A stretch of DNA of 64,000 nucleotides from positions 1,488,001 to 1,552,000 of the forward strand of contig CATNEN010000029.1 in the NCBI GenBank assembly GCA_950097015.1, written 5' to 3'. Shown here piece after piece: positions 1-11,373 of the stretch. The stretch comes from Macrostomum hystrix. Lineage: Eukaryota; Animalia; Platyhelminthes. Under the pieces are notes generated by a model. That model was not told the origin of the DNA. It did not search any database and saw nothing but the letters and a program-made list of their open reading frames with translations. The first letter of the stretch is position 1; each line of letters starts with the position of its first letter. The position numbers and the translations under genes are program-made.

Positions 1-125
1 CTTGTGAAGTCGGAAGCAACTTTTGTTTTCGACGTTGTGAAATTTAGAGCTTGTGAAATTTAGAGCTTATGAAATTCTGTGCACGGATTTTCGACGTGAA
101 AATTAGGGTGTGTGAAACGACCCCC
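1..125. mobile_element. Probable right end of a DNA transposon (PIF/Harbinger-like terminus) inserted into the mariner element
   Basis: Ends in GTGTGAAACGACCCCC followed by TGA (126-128, a TNA-type target site) exactly where mariner coding sequence resumes. Carries degenerate subterminal TGTGAA repeats. The left end is outside the window, so TIR and TSD cannot be confirmed. Confidence 0.3.
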
Positions 126-916
126 TGAGACCAAGCAGGAAAGCAAGGTGTGGGCGTTGAAGGGTTCAGATCCACCTGTGAAGGCGAAGCGAGACCAGCA
201 CTGCAAGAAGATCATGTTGACCCTTTTTTCGATCAAGAATGTCCCCTGACCATCGACTTCCTTGAGCCTAACAGCAAGGTTAACTCGGACCGGTACACGG
301 AGACGCTGATTAAGCTGAAATCAGACATCCGCAACAAGCGCAGGACTGCGATGAAGCCTCACCTCCTGTTGCACGACAATGCTCGACCTCACACGGCCAA
401 GAAAACGCTTGATCGTATCAACGAACTCAATTTTGATCTGCTTGCGCACCCGCCCTACTCACCAGACTTGGCTCCTTGCGACTACGCAATTTTCCCTCAG
501 TTAAAGAAGCACCTGCGGGGGCGCATCTTTGACCATCGCGACAACTTGGAAGGAGAAGTCAGGCGGGTTCTGCTGCACGAAATTCCGCGTCGAGCTTATG
601 CAGATGCCATCAATGCGCTTCTCACGCGATGGACTAAGTGCTGCGAGCTAAGGGGGGACTTCGTCGAAAAGTCGTCAGTCGACGGCGATGGCGATGCTGC
701 GTGACCGATTCCGCTGGCCTTGACTTGGTGTAACTCTACAATTACCCCTTGTTCTAATTTTAGCCATAACTTTTTAATGAATTGACAAATTTTCTTGATT
801 AAAAAAACGTTTGAACTGCTGAATGTTTATTCATCAGTGACGTGAGTTTCAATAAACTATGTTTCACCAGTTTGCCTGTGCATCGATTTTTCCCGCTATT
901 TCTGGGACACCCTACG
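126..916 (+). mobile_element. Mariner (Tc1/mariner, DD34D) transposon, 5'-truncated, with frameshifted transposase fragment (to 704) and candidate right TIR ending GGGACACCCTACG|TA
   Basis: Translation shows PETKQESKVW...KKIMLTLF, then after a 1-nt shift in the T-run at about 224-229, FDQ...HDNARPHT...HPPYSPDLAPCDY. Exactly 34 residues separate the 2nd and 3rd catalytic D (mariner signature). TA at 917-918 follows a CCCT-type terminus. Confidence 0.9.
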
Positions 917-1622
917 TATAAGGACTCTGAGTTGCATGCAAATAATTCCATTTAAAGAAAGTGAGCAACAAACAATAGTTTTCACGAAATTGCGAGTACA
1001 TATATTGCCGAAATCGTTCGGTTCTCATTTGCGGATATCTATATAAACCGTGCATTTAGCAGCTCCTTAGACTAAAACAAATACGAAGAGAAGGAGAGAA
1101 AGTTGGGGCGAGAGAAAATGAACGAGAGAAACTCTAGGCGTAAACACAACAATATACCAGCAAAGACAGGTCCTGGACAAATAGGGGGATAAAAGTGTAG
1201 GCATTTTTGTCAATTTCTTGTTGCCTGCTTTAGTTGTACAAAATACAAGCTCATATTAGATGATATAATGAGTTCTATAATCAATCTAGCTAGTTGTTTT
1301 TTGTGCATGCATATAACCAGTGGGAACATTGCCAATTAGTAAAAACTGGTATTATCTATCGCAATCCTAAAAGAATCAGACAGACTAAAATTAAATATTT
1401 TTAATATATTCAACAAACTTAGTCGCAAAAATGGCCTACGAAGAAGACACTTCAGTATTGGACAGTCTCGAGGGAAAATTTAAACAAATATTTACTGAAG
1501 ACAATAACTCATAAATAACTTATTTTTAGGAAAAACTGGGTACGGAAGATGCGCAAAGAATATGAGCAAAGGAGAGGAACAGAAAACTGGGGGAAGGAGA
1601 GAATAGATAGAGACAAGGAATT

Positions 1623-2200
1623 GTAGATAAGTGAGTGGAAGGGAAGATAAGGGAGGGGAAGGGTAGAAAAGGGAGCGGAAGGGAAGATAAGGGAGCGGAA
1701 GGGAAGATAAGGGAGTGGAAGGGTAGATAGGGGAGTGGAAGGGTAGATAAGGGAGTGGAAGGGTAGATAAGGGAGTGGAAGGGTAGATAAGGGAGTGGAA
1801 GGAAGATAAGGGAGTGGAAGGGTAGATAAGGGAGTGGAAGGGTAGAAAAGGGAGTGGAAGGGTAGATAAGGAAGGGAAAGGTAGATAAGGGAGTGGAAGG
1901 GTAGATAGGGGAGTGGAAGAGTAGATAGGGGAGTGAAAGGGTAGATAAGGGAGTGGAAGGGTAGATAGGGGAGTGGAAGAGTAGATAGGGGAGTGGAAGG
2001 GTAGATAGGGGAGTGGAAGGGTAGTTAGGGGATTGGAAGGGTAGAAAAGGAAGTGGAAGGGTAGATAAGGCAGTGGAAGGGTAGATAAGGCAGTGGAAGG
2101 GTAGATAAGGCAGTGGAAGGGTAGATAAGGGAGGGGAAGGTAGATAAGGGAGTGGAAGGGAAATATAGGGAGCGGAAGGGTAGATAGGGGAGGAGTAGGA
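1623..2200. repeat. 20-bp purine-rich minisatellite (GGAAGGGTAGATAAGGGAGT)n, about 28 copies
   Basis: Direct reading of tandem units; explains ORFs 1526..2233 and 2025..2291. Confidence 0.95.
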
Positions 2201-3369
2201 TAAGACAGTACAAGCTTGTCGATAACTGTGCAATGCTAAGCGTTACAATCCTAGAAGCAAGAAGACTAAAACAGAAGCAGAACTGATACATACTATAACA
2301 GGCAGAACAAAAGCTTTCATTGATAAAAAGTAAGGGGGAAAATCCACAAACCTAAGCTTGTTTTACATGCGAATCGGCATTGCTTACGTGTGAAGGTAGA
2401 AATTGGTGACAAAACTTACGAAGGATGCTAAGGAGATGAGGAGAACACCTGCTAAATAAACAGTTAACATCAGAGGGCATAGTAAGCCGAGAAAAAGTTA
2501 ATTAAGGAATCAGATATGATCAGATGGCTTCTGGCACGACAAGGATAGCAGACACACGCAGTCGCACATATGAGTAATAATATAAACTGCATGCCCATAA
2601 GTTGTTTATATTGATGGCGTCATAACCTAGTAAATAACCTAGAGTGACAGAAGCAATACCAAAGCAGACCTAGGCGGTTCACAAAATGTAGTGCAGATCT
2701 AATGTCATATTATAGCAAGCAACTTTCATCACAATAATAATAAAAATCCGCACAAAAAAGAAAAGTACGAGAAAAATGTAAACAAAGTTTCAGCGCGTGT
2801 TTCAGGCGAATCCGGCTAAACAACTAAACAAGCCGCGATAAACAAATCACCTCACAAAAAATCCGTTTGTTTACATTTTTAATAATAGCAATAAATCAAT
2901 TAGTGGCAACGGGCTAGACGAGACGAGTTGAACACTACTTAAAGTAGATTGAATGGGAATGACAATCGTCAGAATTTTTAGAAATAGAAAGAGTTAATAA
3001 AGAAATCGCGGTGGCCGAGTGGCAAATAAAAGTGGATATATTTCTTAGATGTTTTCTGTTTTAAAACAGTTGCGCAAGAAGCTTGTCAACTAAAGAACTA
3101 GGATTATGGCACAAAGCTAACAGCATATATGTGACCCCAGAACTCCACTAAACTACACCGCAGGATGACTTTACGCATCTATTATACAAAAAAGGTATGA
3201 CACACAAACAAGTTAGAGTGACAAACAGTTAACCAGCTAATGCGTTATGGGGATAAAATAACAACTGAAGGATTTTGCAAACAAATTACTGAATAAAACT
3301 GAACAATAAGCATAGCAAATTAATGTATGAAGATAAAACCTAAAAATCACTGATTGAGAGATCCCGGAA

Positions 3370-3842
3370 TTCCTTGAAGGGAAATCTGAAACGGAATCGC
3401 GTGAGTGGAAATCCGAACCGGATTACGAGAAAGGAAATACAAAATGGAATTCCGTAAAGGGAAATCCCAAACGGAATTCCGTTAAGGGAAATCCTAACCG
3501 GAATTCCATGAAGGGAAATCCTAACCGGAATTGCATGAAGGGAAATCCTAACCGGAATTGCATGAAGGGAAATCCTAACCGGAATTCCATGAAGGGAAAT
3601 CCTAACCGGAATTCCATGAAGGGAAATCCTAACCGGAATTGGATGAAGGGAAATTCTAACCGGAATTGAATGAAAGGAAATCCTAACCGGAATTGCATGA
3701 AAGGAAATCCTAACCGGAATTCCGTGAAGGGAAATCCTAACCGGAATTGCATGAAGGGAAATCCTAACCGGAATTGCATGAAGGTAAATCCTAACCGGAA
3801 TTCCGTGAAGGGAAATCCTAACCGGAATTCCGTGAAGGGAAA
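3370..3842. repeat. 27-bp minisatellite (GAAGGGAAATCCTAACCGGAATTSCRT)n, about 17 copies, degenerate on the left
   Basis: Tandem units visible; 9-aa periodic ORFs (MKGNPNRNC) on both strands. Confidence 0.95.
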
Positions 3843-4446
3843 TAGCGATCGACGACTTTTTCGTTATAGTTCTATACAAGGAAAGTACGTTCTCAAATCC
3901 AATGATGGAAACCATAATTCATTTCCTATACGAAAATACCAACTGAAAGTCGAAGGCAGAGAAGCTCAACAAATAGTTCCCGATATCAACGATACCGAGA
4001 AATCGGGAAATCCCTCACCAGGGATTTGCGAGGTTGAGAACATTACAGAGCTATAATTAGACGCTAAATTAATCCACGAAATCAACTGATAATATTATCA
4101 CCGCTTGCAAGAGACGAACAAAAATAAAACGACAAATTTAAAGCTTATTAAGAGCGCTATAAGCAAACTGAATTGCGAGAGAGTAAGAAAGGAAAATACG
4201 CTATAAATAAAACCAACATAACAATAGGAACAAACCTTTCTTTTAGTTTGCTTATTAGTTGCAATGAATGACACGCTATGGTTGCTGACTTATTAAACAA
4301 AAGTACAAACTTTGCAGAGTACTATCATGGTCAATTGAAGTTATTTATAGTACCCTTCACCTTGATAATTGATCTCTATATGCCATGTAATTCCAGTAAG
4401 ACTGCTAGATCGTCATATTATTGCGTCTGTCTTATATTATCAAGCC

Positions 4447-5388
4447 TTAGTCAATCTTCACAGTCGAGTAGATCTTGCGCACAAATAGGCTGGTGGCAAC
4501 AAAGCCGACAGCGCCGCAAACCAAAGCCAACGCGGCGCAAAACAGGGCCATGTAGCCGAAATAGAACGAAGTCTGGAATAGGCCGTACATTTTTGTTTTA
4601 AAGAAGAAATAGTACACGGCGTACATGTACAGGTAGAGGGCGGTGGAGGCGCCAGACAGGAAGGAGCACCACTGCCAGCGGTAGTCCTCGGAGTTCAATA
4701 GGAAATAGGCGCAGACCACGGTGACGCATCCGGTGACGCACAGCAGGATGAGGAACACCAGGAAGCTGAAGCCGAACACGTAATAGACTTTGTAGGCCCA
4801 GAATGAGGTGAACACGAAGTACATCTCGATGAAGATTGAGCCGAATGGCAGCAGGCCGCCCAGAAGGCAGATAACCGGCGGCTCCATAAACCAGCGCTTC
4901 TCCGGTATCGGACGGGGCACGGCGTTGACGCGGCATGGCAGATTTGGCTGGCCGGCCAGATTGCGGCCCAGTACAGTGCCAACCAGGCTCAGAGGCAGGA
5001 TGACAAAGCCAAGGATGGCCAGCATAGCCAGGCTGTGCAGCACTGGCAGGCTGCGCGAGGCCCTGTAGCCAATGGCGATGAGATTAACCGACAGAGCCAC
5101 CGAGGCTAGCAGGGCCGGGATTAGTAGGGCCTGCACAACGGCCTGTTTGATCCAGTTCCGGCCGCCGGATCTGGCATAGAGAGCGCCGCCAAAAAAGCCG
5201 CCAACAGGGCTGGCAGCGGCGTAGATGAAGATTGTGGCGGATAGGAGGCTGCCACGCTCGGTGTACATTTCGACTAGCATGGCTAGGCTGACAACGGCGA
5301 GGATGACGCAGGCTAGCTGGAGACCAGAGCCAATCAGGGCGGAGAACAGCAGAGGCTGGGTTGGGGTGCGGAACACGTCGCCGTGCAC
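4447..5388 (-). CDS. TM9SF3: Transmembrane 9 superfamily member 3 (nonaspanin), exon 2 of 2; full CDS join(7517..8335,4447..5388), 586 aa
   Basis: Acceptor TTTGGCACAG|GTGCAC. Encodes VHGDVFR...[15 protein letters not shown]...SEDYRWQW...[10 protein letters not shown], with the nine-TM region and KxD/E C-terminal Golgi-retention motif typical of TM9SF/EMP proteins. Confidence 0.95.
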   Translation of the reverse strand: MHGDVFRTPTQPLLFSALIGSGLQLACVILAVVSLAMLVEMYTERGSLLSATIFIYAAASPVGGFFGGALYARSGGRNWIKQAVVQALLIPALLASVALSVNLIAIGYRASRSLPVLHSLAMLAILGFVILPLSLVGTVLGRNLAGQPNLPCRVNAVPRPIPEKRWFMEPPVICLLGGLLPFGSIFIEMYFVFTSFWAYKVYYVFGFSFLVFLILLCVTGCVTVVCAYFLLNSEDYRWQWCSFLSGASTALYLYMYAVYYFFFKTKMYGLFQTSFYFGYMALFCAALALVCGAVGFVATSLFVRKIYSTVKID

Positions 5389-5564
5389 CTGTGCCAAATT
5401 TATTCGGCGACAAATGGGGACAGGATTTAGTAGGATAAAAGCTCGGGAAGATCAGAACCCGAAATGAGAATGGGACTGGCAACCTAAAAATTGGGGAAGC
5501 GAGATAACGATCCAGAACTAAGGACCTTTCCAAGAGGAGATAGAAGGCCCATTTGAGGAAATGG

Positions 5565-7440
5565 TTTGAGGATCTAGGCCCCGAGGATATGGGTATCGAG
5601 GATCTCGGTACTGAGGATCTGGATTTTGAGATCTCGGTATTGAGGATCTCGCTATTGGGGGTCTCGGATTTGAGGATCTCGGTATTGAGGATCTCGGTAT
5701 TGGGGGTCTCGGAATTGAGGATCTCGGTATTGAGGATCTCGGTATTGGGGGTCTCGGTATTGAGGATCTCGGTATTGGGGGTCTCGGATTTGAGGATCTC
5801 GGTATTGAGGATCTCGGTATTGGGGGTCTCGGTATTGAGGATCTCGGTATTGAGGATCTCGGTATTGAGGATCTCGATATGAGGATCTCGGTATTGAGGA
5901 TATCGGTATTGAGGATCTCGGTATTGAGGATCTGGATTTTGAGATCTCGGTATTGAGGATCTCGATATGAGGATCTCGGTATTGAGGATATCGGTATTGA
6001 GGATCTCGGTATTGAGGATCTGGATTTTGAGATCTCGGTATTGAGGATCTCGGTATTGAGGATCTCGGTATTGAGGATCTGGATTTTGAGATCTCGGTAT
6101 TGAGGATTTCGGTAGTGAGGATCTCGGTATTGAGGATCTCGGTATTGAGGATCTGGATTTTGAGATCTCGGTATTTAGGATCTCGCTATTGGGGGTCTCG
6201 GAATTGGGGGTCTCGGTATTGAGGATCTCGGTATTGAGGATCTCGGTATTGGGGGTCTCGGAATTGGGGGTCTCGGAATTGGGGGTCTCGGTATTGGGGG
6301 TCTCGGAATTGGGGGTCTCGGAATTGGGGGTCTCGGAATTGGGGGTCTCGGAATTGGGGGTCTCGGTATTGCGGGGTCTCGGTATTGGGGGTCTCGGTAT
6401 TGGGGGTCTCGATATGAGGATCTCGGTATTGAGGATCTGGATTTTGAGATCTCGGTATTGAGGATCTGGATTTTGAGATCTCGGTATTGAGGATCTGGAT
6501 TTTGAGATCTCGGTATTGAGGATATCGGTATTGAGGATCTCGGTATTGAGGATCTGGATTTTGAGATCTCGGTATTGAGGATATCGGTATTGAGGATCTC
6601 GGTATTGAGGATCTCGGTAATGAGGATTTCGGTATTGAGGATCTGGATTTTGAGATCTCGGTATTGAGGATATCGGTATTGAGGATCTCGGTATTGAGGA
6701 TCTCGGTATTGAGGATCTCGGTAATGAGGATTTCGGTATTGAGGATCTGGATTTTGAGATCTCGGTATTGAGGATCTCGGTATTGAGGATCTCGGTATTG
6801 AGGATCTCGATATTGAGGATCTCGGTATTGAGGATCTCGGTATTGAGGATCTCGGTATTGAGGATCTGGGAACTGAGGATCTCGGTATTGAGGATCTCGG
6901 TATTGAGGATCTCGGTATTGAGGATCTGGGAACTGAGGATCTCGGTATTGAGGATATCGGTATTGAGGATCTCGGTATTGAGGATTTCGGTATTGAGGAT
7001 CTGGATTTTGAGATCTCGGTATTGAGGATCTCGGTATTGAGGATCTCGGTATTGAGGATCTCGGTATTGAGGATCTCGGTATTGAGGATCTCGGTATTGA
7101 GGATCTCGGTATTGAGGATCTCGGTATTGAGGATCTCGGTATTGAGGATCTCGGTATTGAGGATCTCGGTATTGAGGATCTCGGTATTGAGGATCTCGGT
7201 ATTGAGGATCTCGGTATTGAGGATCTCGGTATTGAGGATCTCGGTATTGAGGATCTCGGTATTGAGGATCTGGGAACTGAGGATCTCGGTATTGAGGATA
7301 TCGGTATTGAGGATCTCGGTATTGAGGATCTCGGTATTGAGGATCTCGGTATTGAGGATCTGGGAACTGAGGATCTCGGTATTGAGGATCTGGGAACTGA
7401 GGATCTCGGTACTGAGGATTTCGGTATTGGGGGTCTGGGA
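5565..7440. repeat. 15-bp minisatellite (GAGGATCTCGGTATT)n with G-run and indel variants, about 125 copies, filling the TM9SF3 intron (5389..7516)
   Basis: Tandem units visible; source of the spurious 794-aa and 439-aa ORFs (DPQYR / ILNTE repeats). Confidence 0.97.
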
Positions 7441-7516
7441 GATGAAATCGAACTGAGTCTGAGAGCATTCTCTACTAATTAAATCTAAAAGCAATAATCA
7501 GCCAGAAGCGGGTCAC

Positions 7517-8335
7517 CTGTTTCCAGCCGTACTCGTCGCCCAGATCGCGTTCCAAATCGTCCACATCGTCGGCCTTATTGTACCTGTCGTAGTCTTTACG
7601 CAGGGTGCGCATTAGGATCATGGAGACCAGGCCAACTAGGAACACAACCATCATGAAAGAGTTGAAGATTGAGAACCAGTGAATCCGGTGCTGAAAGAAG
7701 CTGGGATCCAGGTACTTGTCGAATCTATCAGCGAACAGAATCTTGGACGGGCGATAGGTGACCTCGTAGGAGAATGAGACCTTTGTGCCGGGCTTTATTA
7801 ACACCTTAGAGTCGCTAGTGAGATTAACGTCAACAATATGCTTGTTATTGACTCCAATGTCTAGCTTCTTGTGCGTCCACAGATAGTACTGCGGCGGATC
7901 ATCCTTGCTAATTTCGCCAACAATGCCCCAGATTGGCAGGTCGTCGATGTACATCTGGTACCAGTAGTGATTCTTAACAGCGTAAATAAAGGCCTCAGCT
8001 TTTTCCTCCGATAGCGTCACCTCGCAGTAGGTCTTCCGCTTTATCGGCACGTTAAAATCGATGTCTAGGCCAGACAATTCTAGTTCGACGCCTTGCAGCG
8101 CTTCGCCGAGTGTTTCGTGATAATGAGCAATGTCCTGCTTTGGTCCGCGGCAAAATGGCAAAGAAAAATAAGTATAGGTCTCCTGCCTATTGTGATAGGG
8201 TCCGACTGTGTTCATCCAGAGTACAACTTCTTCGCCTTCGTCGTAGACGTGATTGTGCTCGTCCGCGGCGGCTAACCGAGCTAGGCACAGGGCCAGCAGA
8301 GCCGAATAGTAGAGCGCAGCTCGGAATCGATGCAT
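7517..8335 (-). CDS. TM9SF3: TM9SF3 exon 1 of 2 (signal peptide plus lumenal domain)
   Basis: ATG, signal peptide, then [25 protein letters not shown]...[15 protein letters not shown]...DEYGWKQ. Donor AAACAG|GTGACC, 819 bp, phase 0, joining in frame to VHGDVFR. Confidence 0.95.
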
Positions 8336-8500
8336 GCTACTGGCCGTAAGTAGCGAGAGTGTCTTTTTGTCTGTTATGATTTCAGCTAATAAGCAGAATG
8401 ATTTTTATAAAAAGTTGACGGCTTATGACTAAGAAGCTGAAAATTAAATTTAAAAAATCGGAAATTATTTCCTAAACACTGCGAAAAATAATCGTAATAA

Positions 8501-8650
8501 TTGATTACACCTGCCCCAATCAGGCCAGATGTGCAGCTGAAAGCACCACCGCAGCTGTTGCGACACATGCCAACGGATAAAAACTGAAGATCGGGAATCG
8601 AACCCCCGCCCATCAAATCGCAAGTCCACTCTAATCTCTAGGCTACAACC
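8501..8650 (-). mobile_element. tRNA-derived SINE family A, internally deleted copy
   Basis: Minus strand has A-box-like GTAGCCTAGAG, B-box GGGGTTCGATTCCC, and the family-A 3' end (GGGCAGGTGTAATCAA) shared with the copies at 21.0 and 62.0 kb. Confidence 0.7.
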
Positions 8651-10057
8651 TCTGCTCTAGACTACTACCCCGGTTGAAAAAAATAACCAATTAAAACTTA
8701 TTAAAGAAACGGAAACTGGCAGTGCTTCTATTTATTGCTGCAACAAAATTGCTTCAATTGAATTGCAGGAATGAGTGATTCAAAAAATGAAATATGTGAC
8801 GCGTCAGACGGCCGAGTGATCATTGCAAATAGAATTATTTACAATAAATAAAATGCTTCTCGTTTTAAGACCAACAACAATGTCTCTGGCCAAATGGACA
8901 CAAAGCTGTGAGAAATCATAATTGAATATTTAAAGGTAGCTGTTGTCAGTCGGAGTTCTGAATAAAAATATGAGTAAACAAAATTACTTCAAAATATGCT
9001 ATACTTTTTAATCGTGAGCAAAACTATTGAGCGAGAAAGTTAAGTAAAGTGCCATTAAATGGTAGTTACTAACCGCAATAAAATTATCATTGCATTTAGA
9101 AGAAGAAAATAAAAATGCTATTTAGCAAGATTACAATACTTAGATCGATTATAAGCCAGTCTAAAAAGTGAACAAATTTTTAAATACTTCATCGGCTATC
9201 GAATAAGAAGTTTTTTATCGTCTGGCACATTTTAACTTGAGATGCCAGTACAGACATGAGGGACTTGACAATATTTTTGATAAAATTTTCCTAGCTCTAA
9301 TGCATTTCTAAGGAATGTATCTTAGAAAAGTCCTCTAAAAGCAAAAAATTTGCATATTAGACCAGCCAGAAACCCTTCTCTTCTGGGTTTCAAAGCTAAA
9401 AATATTGAAACCCAAATTAGCTGTGTCTGTACTTTTGGTCAAATCTAGAGAGCTGTAAAGAGAGCGCCCATTCTAACAATAAAATTTACTAAGTAACCAG
9501 TACAAATGAGATTTTAACGAACGAAAAGTAGGTAAAAATTAATTTGACTTATCAAAGATAAAGCTAAAGGTCGCAAAGAACTTGCTTTAAAAACACGTTA
9601 AAGGATTACTCTTAAAAATGCGACATAGCACCCCGACTTTGAGGCTCGTACAATTACTACGTTTCTATCAAAAGTTGTTTTTTTTAACTATGGAAACAGT
9701 CATGGCAAACAATTTTAAATATTCGTGTAACAACAAAAAAGAATTCTGTGACTTCATTATAAGAAAACAGTCAGTCCGTATTTTGAACAAAAGGAAGCCT
9801 TTAGAGAAAAAAGGCTCTTGGCTAGCAAACTGCACAAAAGTTGGCGTAAATAAGGTGCATGCTAAAATCAGGCGCTAATTTCGTCAGATTGTTTTAGTTA
9901 ATTGGTTGAAAAAATAAAAGGTACTAGAAAGGGGCACATTAGCAGAATGGGACAGATTTCATGATTTCGCAAGTTTGAAACAAACGAAATTTTACGCATT
10001 CGATTATATAGAAAAAATATGTTCAATAAGCTTCCAAAAGAGATTATTTTTATCTCT

Positions 10058-10437
10058 CTAGTTCTGTACATCTGTAGAGGCCACTGTTGGTCGTCTAAGA
10101 ACGAACTCATCTAGGTCTTCAATAAAGATCTGCTTCTCAAGCAGGTAGCTCTTTAGATTAATTGGCAATGGCAACGATTGAACGGCCTTCGATCGATCAT
10201 GCTTATCACCGAAGCTGGTCAAGATTTCAAACCGGCTCAGGTGTTTCAATGAGGCCACTACGGACCGCCTGCTCAGAGGGTGCCTCAAAGACAGCCTGAC
10301 TTGCTGCTGGGGCAGCGGCAGCATAGAATAGAAAATGAAGCCCCTGCGAGTTGAGAACTCAATAGAGGACTCAATGAATTCTACCAAGCTGGGACTCGAG
10401 TGAAACATAGACGGCAGCCAGGAAAAGCAGAATCGGC
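10058..10437 (-). CDS. SOCS-family protein exon 3 of 3 (end of SH2 plus SOCS box); full CDS join(10963..11373,10694..10874,10058..10437), 323 aa
   Basis: Acceptor TTACTTTGTAG|GC (phase 1). Encodes VASLKHLSRFEI...VQSLPLPINLKSYL (BC box plus LPLP Cullin-5 box). Confidence 0.88.
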
Positions 10438-10693
10438 CTACAAAGTAATGAAAGTAGTTTGAGCTATAATTTCTTTTCTGAATCTAGATGAGTCCATCGT
10501 AACAACAATAGAACTGATAATAACTAGAGCGGAATTAGTTGCCAGACAAGATGCACAATCTAACCTATTGAAACTAATGAATGTAACTGATTCTTATGTA
10601 GATTTGGATATAATCTAGTGAGTTCTAGTGAAAACTGGAATCAATTCTAGTGAAGAATGAAACAAACATCAACTGGAGCTGTGCATTTCCTAC

Positions 10694-10874
10694 CATTGAT
10701 GTTCGCAATGCGAGTGTGCACAATGGAGCCGTCCATGTGCAGGCTGAGGCTGAGCAGATTAGCGCCGCATGCAGAAGAGACGGACGAGTCGCGCAGCAGA
10801 AAAGTGCCAACCGGCCGGCCAGACAGAATCAGCTCAGATTCGGCTGTGGTTAGCGGGCCGAAATACCACGTCTT
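10694..10874 (-). CDS. SOCS-family protein exon 2 of 3 (SH2 domain; not in the supplied ORF track)
   Basis: Acceptor CATACTTTTAG|AAG, donor AATG|GTAGGA. Translates KTWYFGPLTTAESELILSGRPVGTFLLRDSS...LSLSLHMDGSIVHTRI, with the SH2 WY.G and FLLRDS (FLVR Arg) motifs. Confidence 0.9.
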
Positions 10875-10962
10875 CTAAAAGTATGCAAACAAATTAGAGC
10901 AGTGTATTTCTAATTCTATGAAAAACTGCTAAAGATAGTACACAAGTCTTCCAAATTCTTAC

Positions 10963-11373
10963 TAGCTTGATTTCGTTCATATTTCGTAGAATATTTTGCT
11001 TTATTTTAAGCGCTGCAGCCGCGGTGATAGCGGAAGAGTAGCACTGGCAGCCAGGTCCGTGTTCATCAATAATGGCCAATTCGTTTCCTACATCGTTCGG
11101 GCCAGAGGAGTTTTGACGGCTCGATAGCATAAGACTCGCAATGCTGTGACTGCAATTCATCAGGTAGCGACATACTCGCCGGCCAATTGTAGAAGCATGG
11201 ACAGTATCATTCTCATCGGCAGACTCGATGATTGGCGGAGGAGTGGGCGGCAGCGGTCTGTACTGACCCCTCGGTGGTCTGTTCAGACGGGGCGGCAATG
11301 GCGGTGGAAGTTGATGCAGATTCGATTGCTCTGCGATTGGCTGTTGAATTTGTGGTAGCTGGGCACTTGCCAT
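10963..11373 (-). CDS. SOCS-family protein exon 1 of 3 (Pro-rich N-terminus)
   Basis: ATG in AAAATGG context. Donor AAGCTA|GTAAGA, 411 bp, phase 0, followed by an 88-bp intron to the SH2 exon. Confidence 0.8.

Noticed and set aside
3480-3840. Telomeric repeat (CCTAACC within the 27-mer)
   Set aside because: One telomere-like hexamer variant per 27-bp unit; no (TTAGGG)n tract.
1320-4200. Scattered motif hints of a decayed CR1/L2-type LINE (KTGIIYRNPK at about 1342, DDF at about 3166, LNKTE at about 3290)
   Set aside because: Fragments are short, separated by many stops and not convincingly colinear. A tBLASTn/HMM search would be needed.
5084-7494. 794-aa and 439-aa minus-strand ORFs (DPQYR/ILNTE repeats)
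   Set aside because: Translations of the 15-bp array. They lie inside a well-defined TM9SF3 intron whose removal restores the conserved [10 protein letters not shown] motif.
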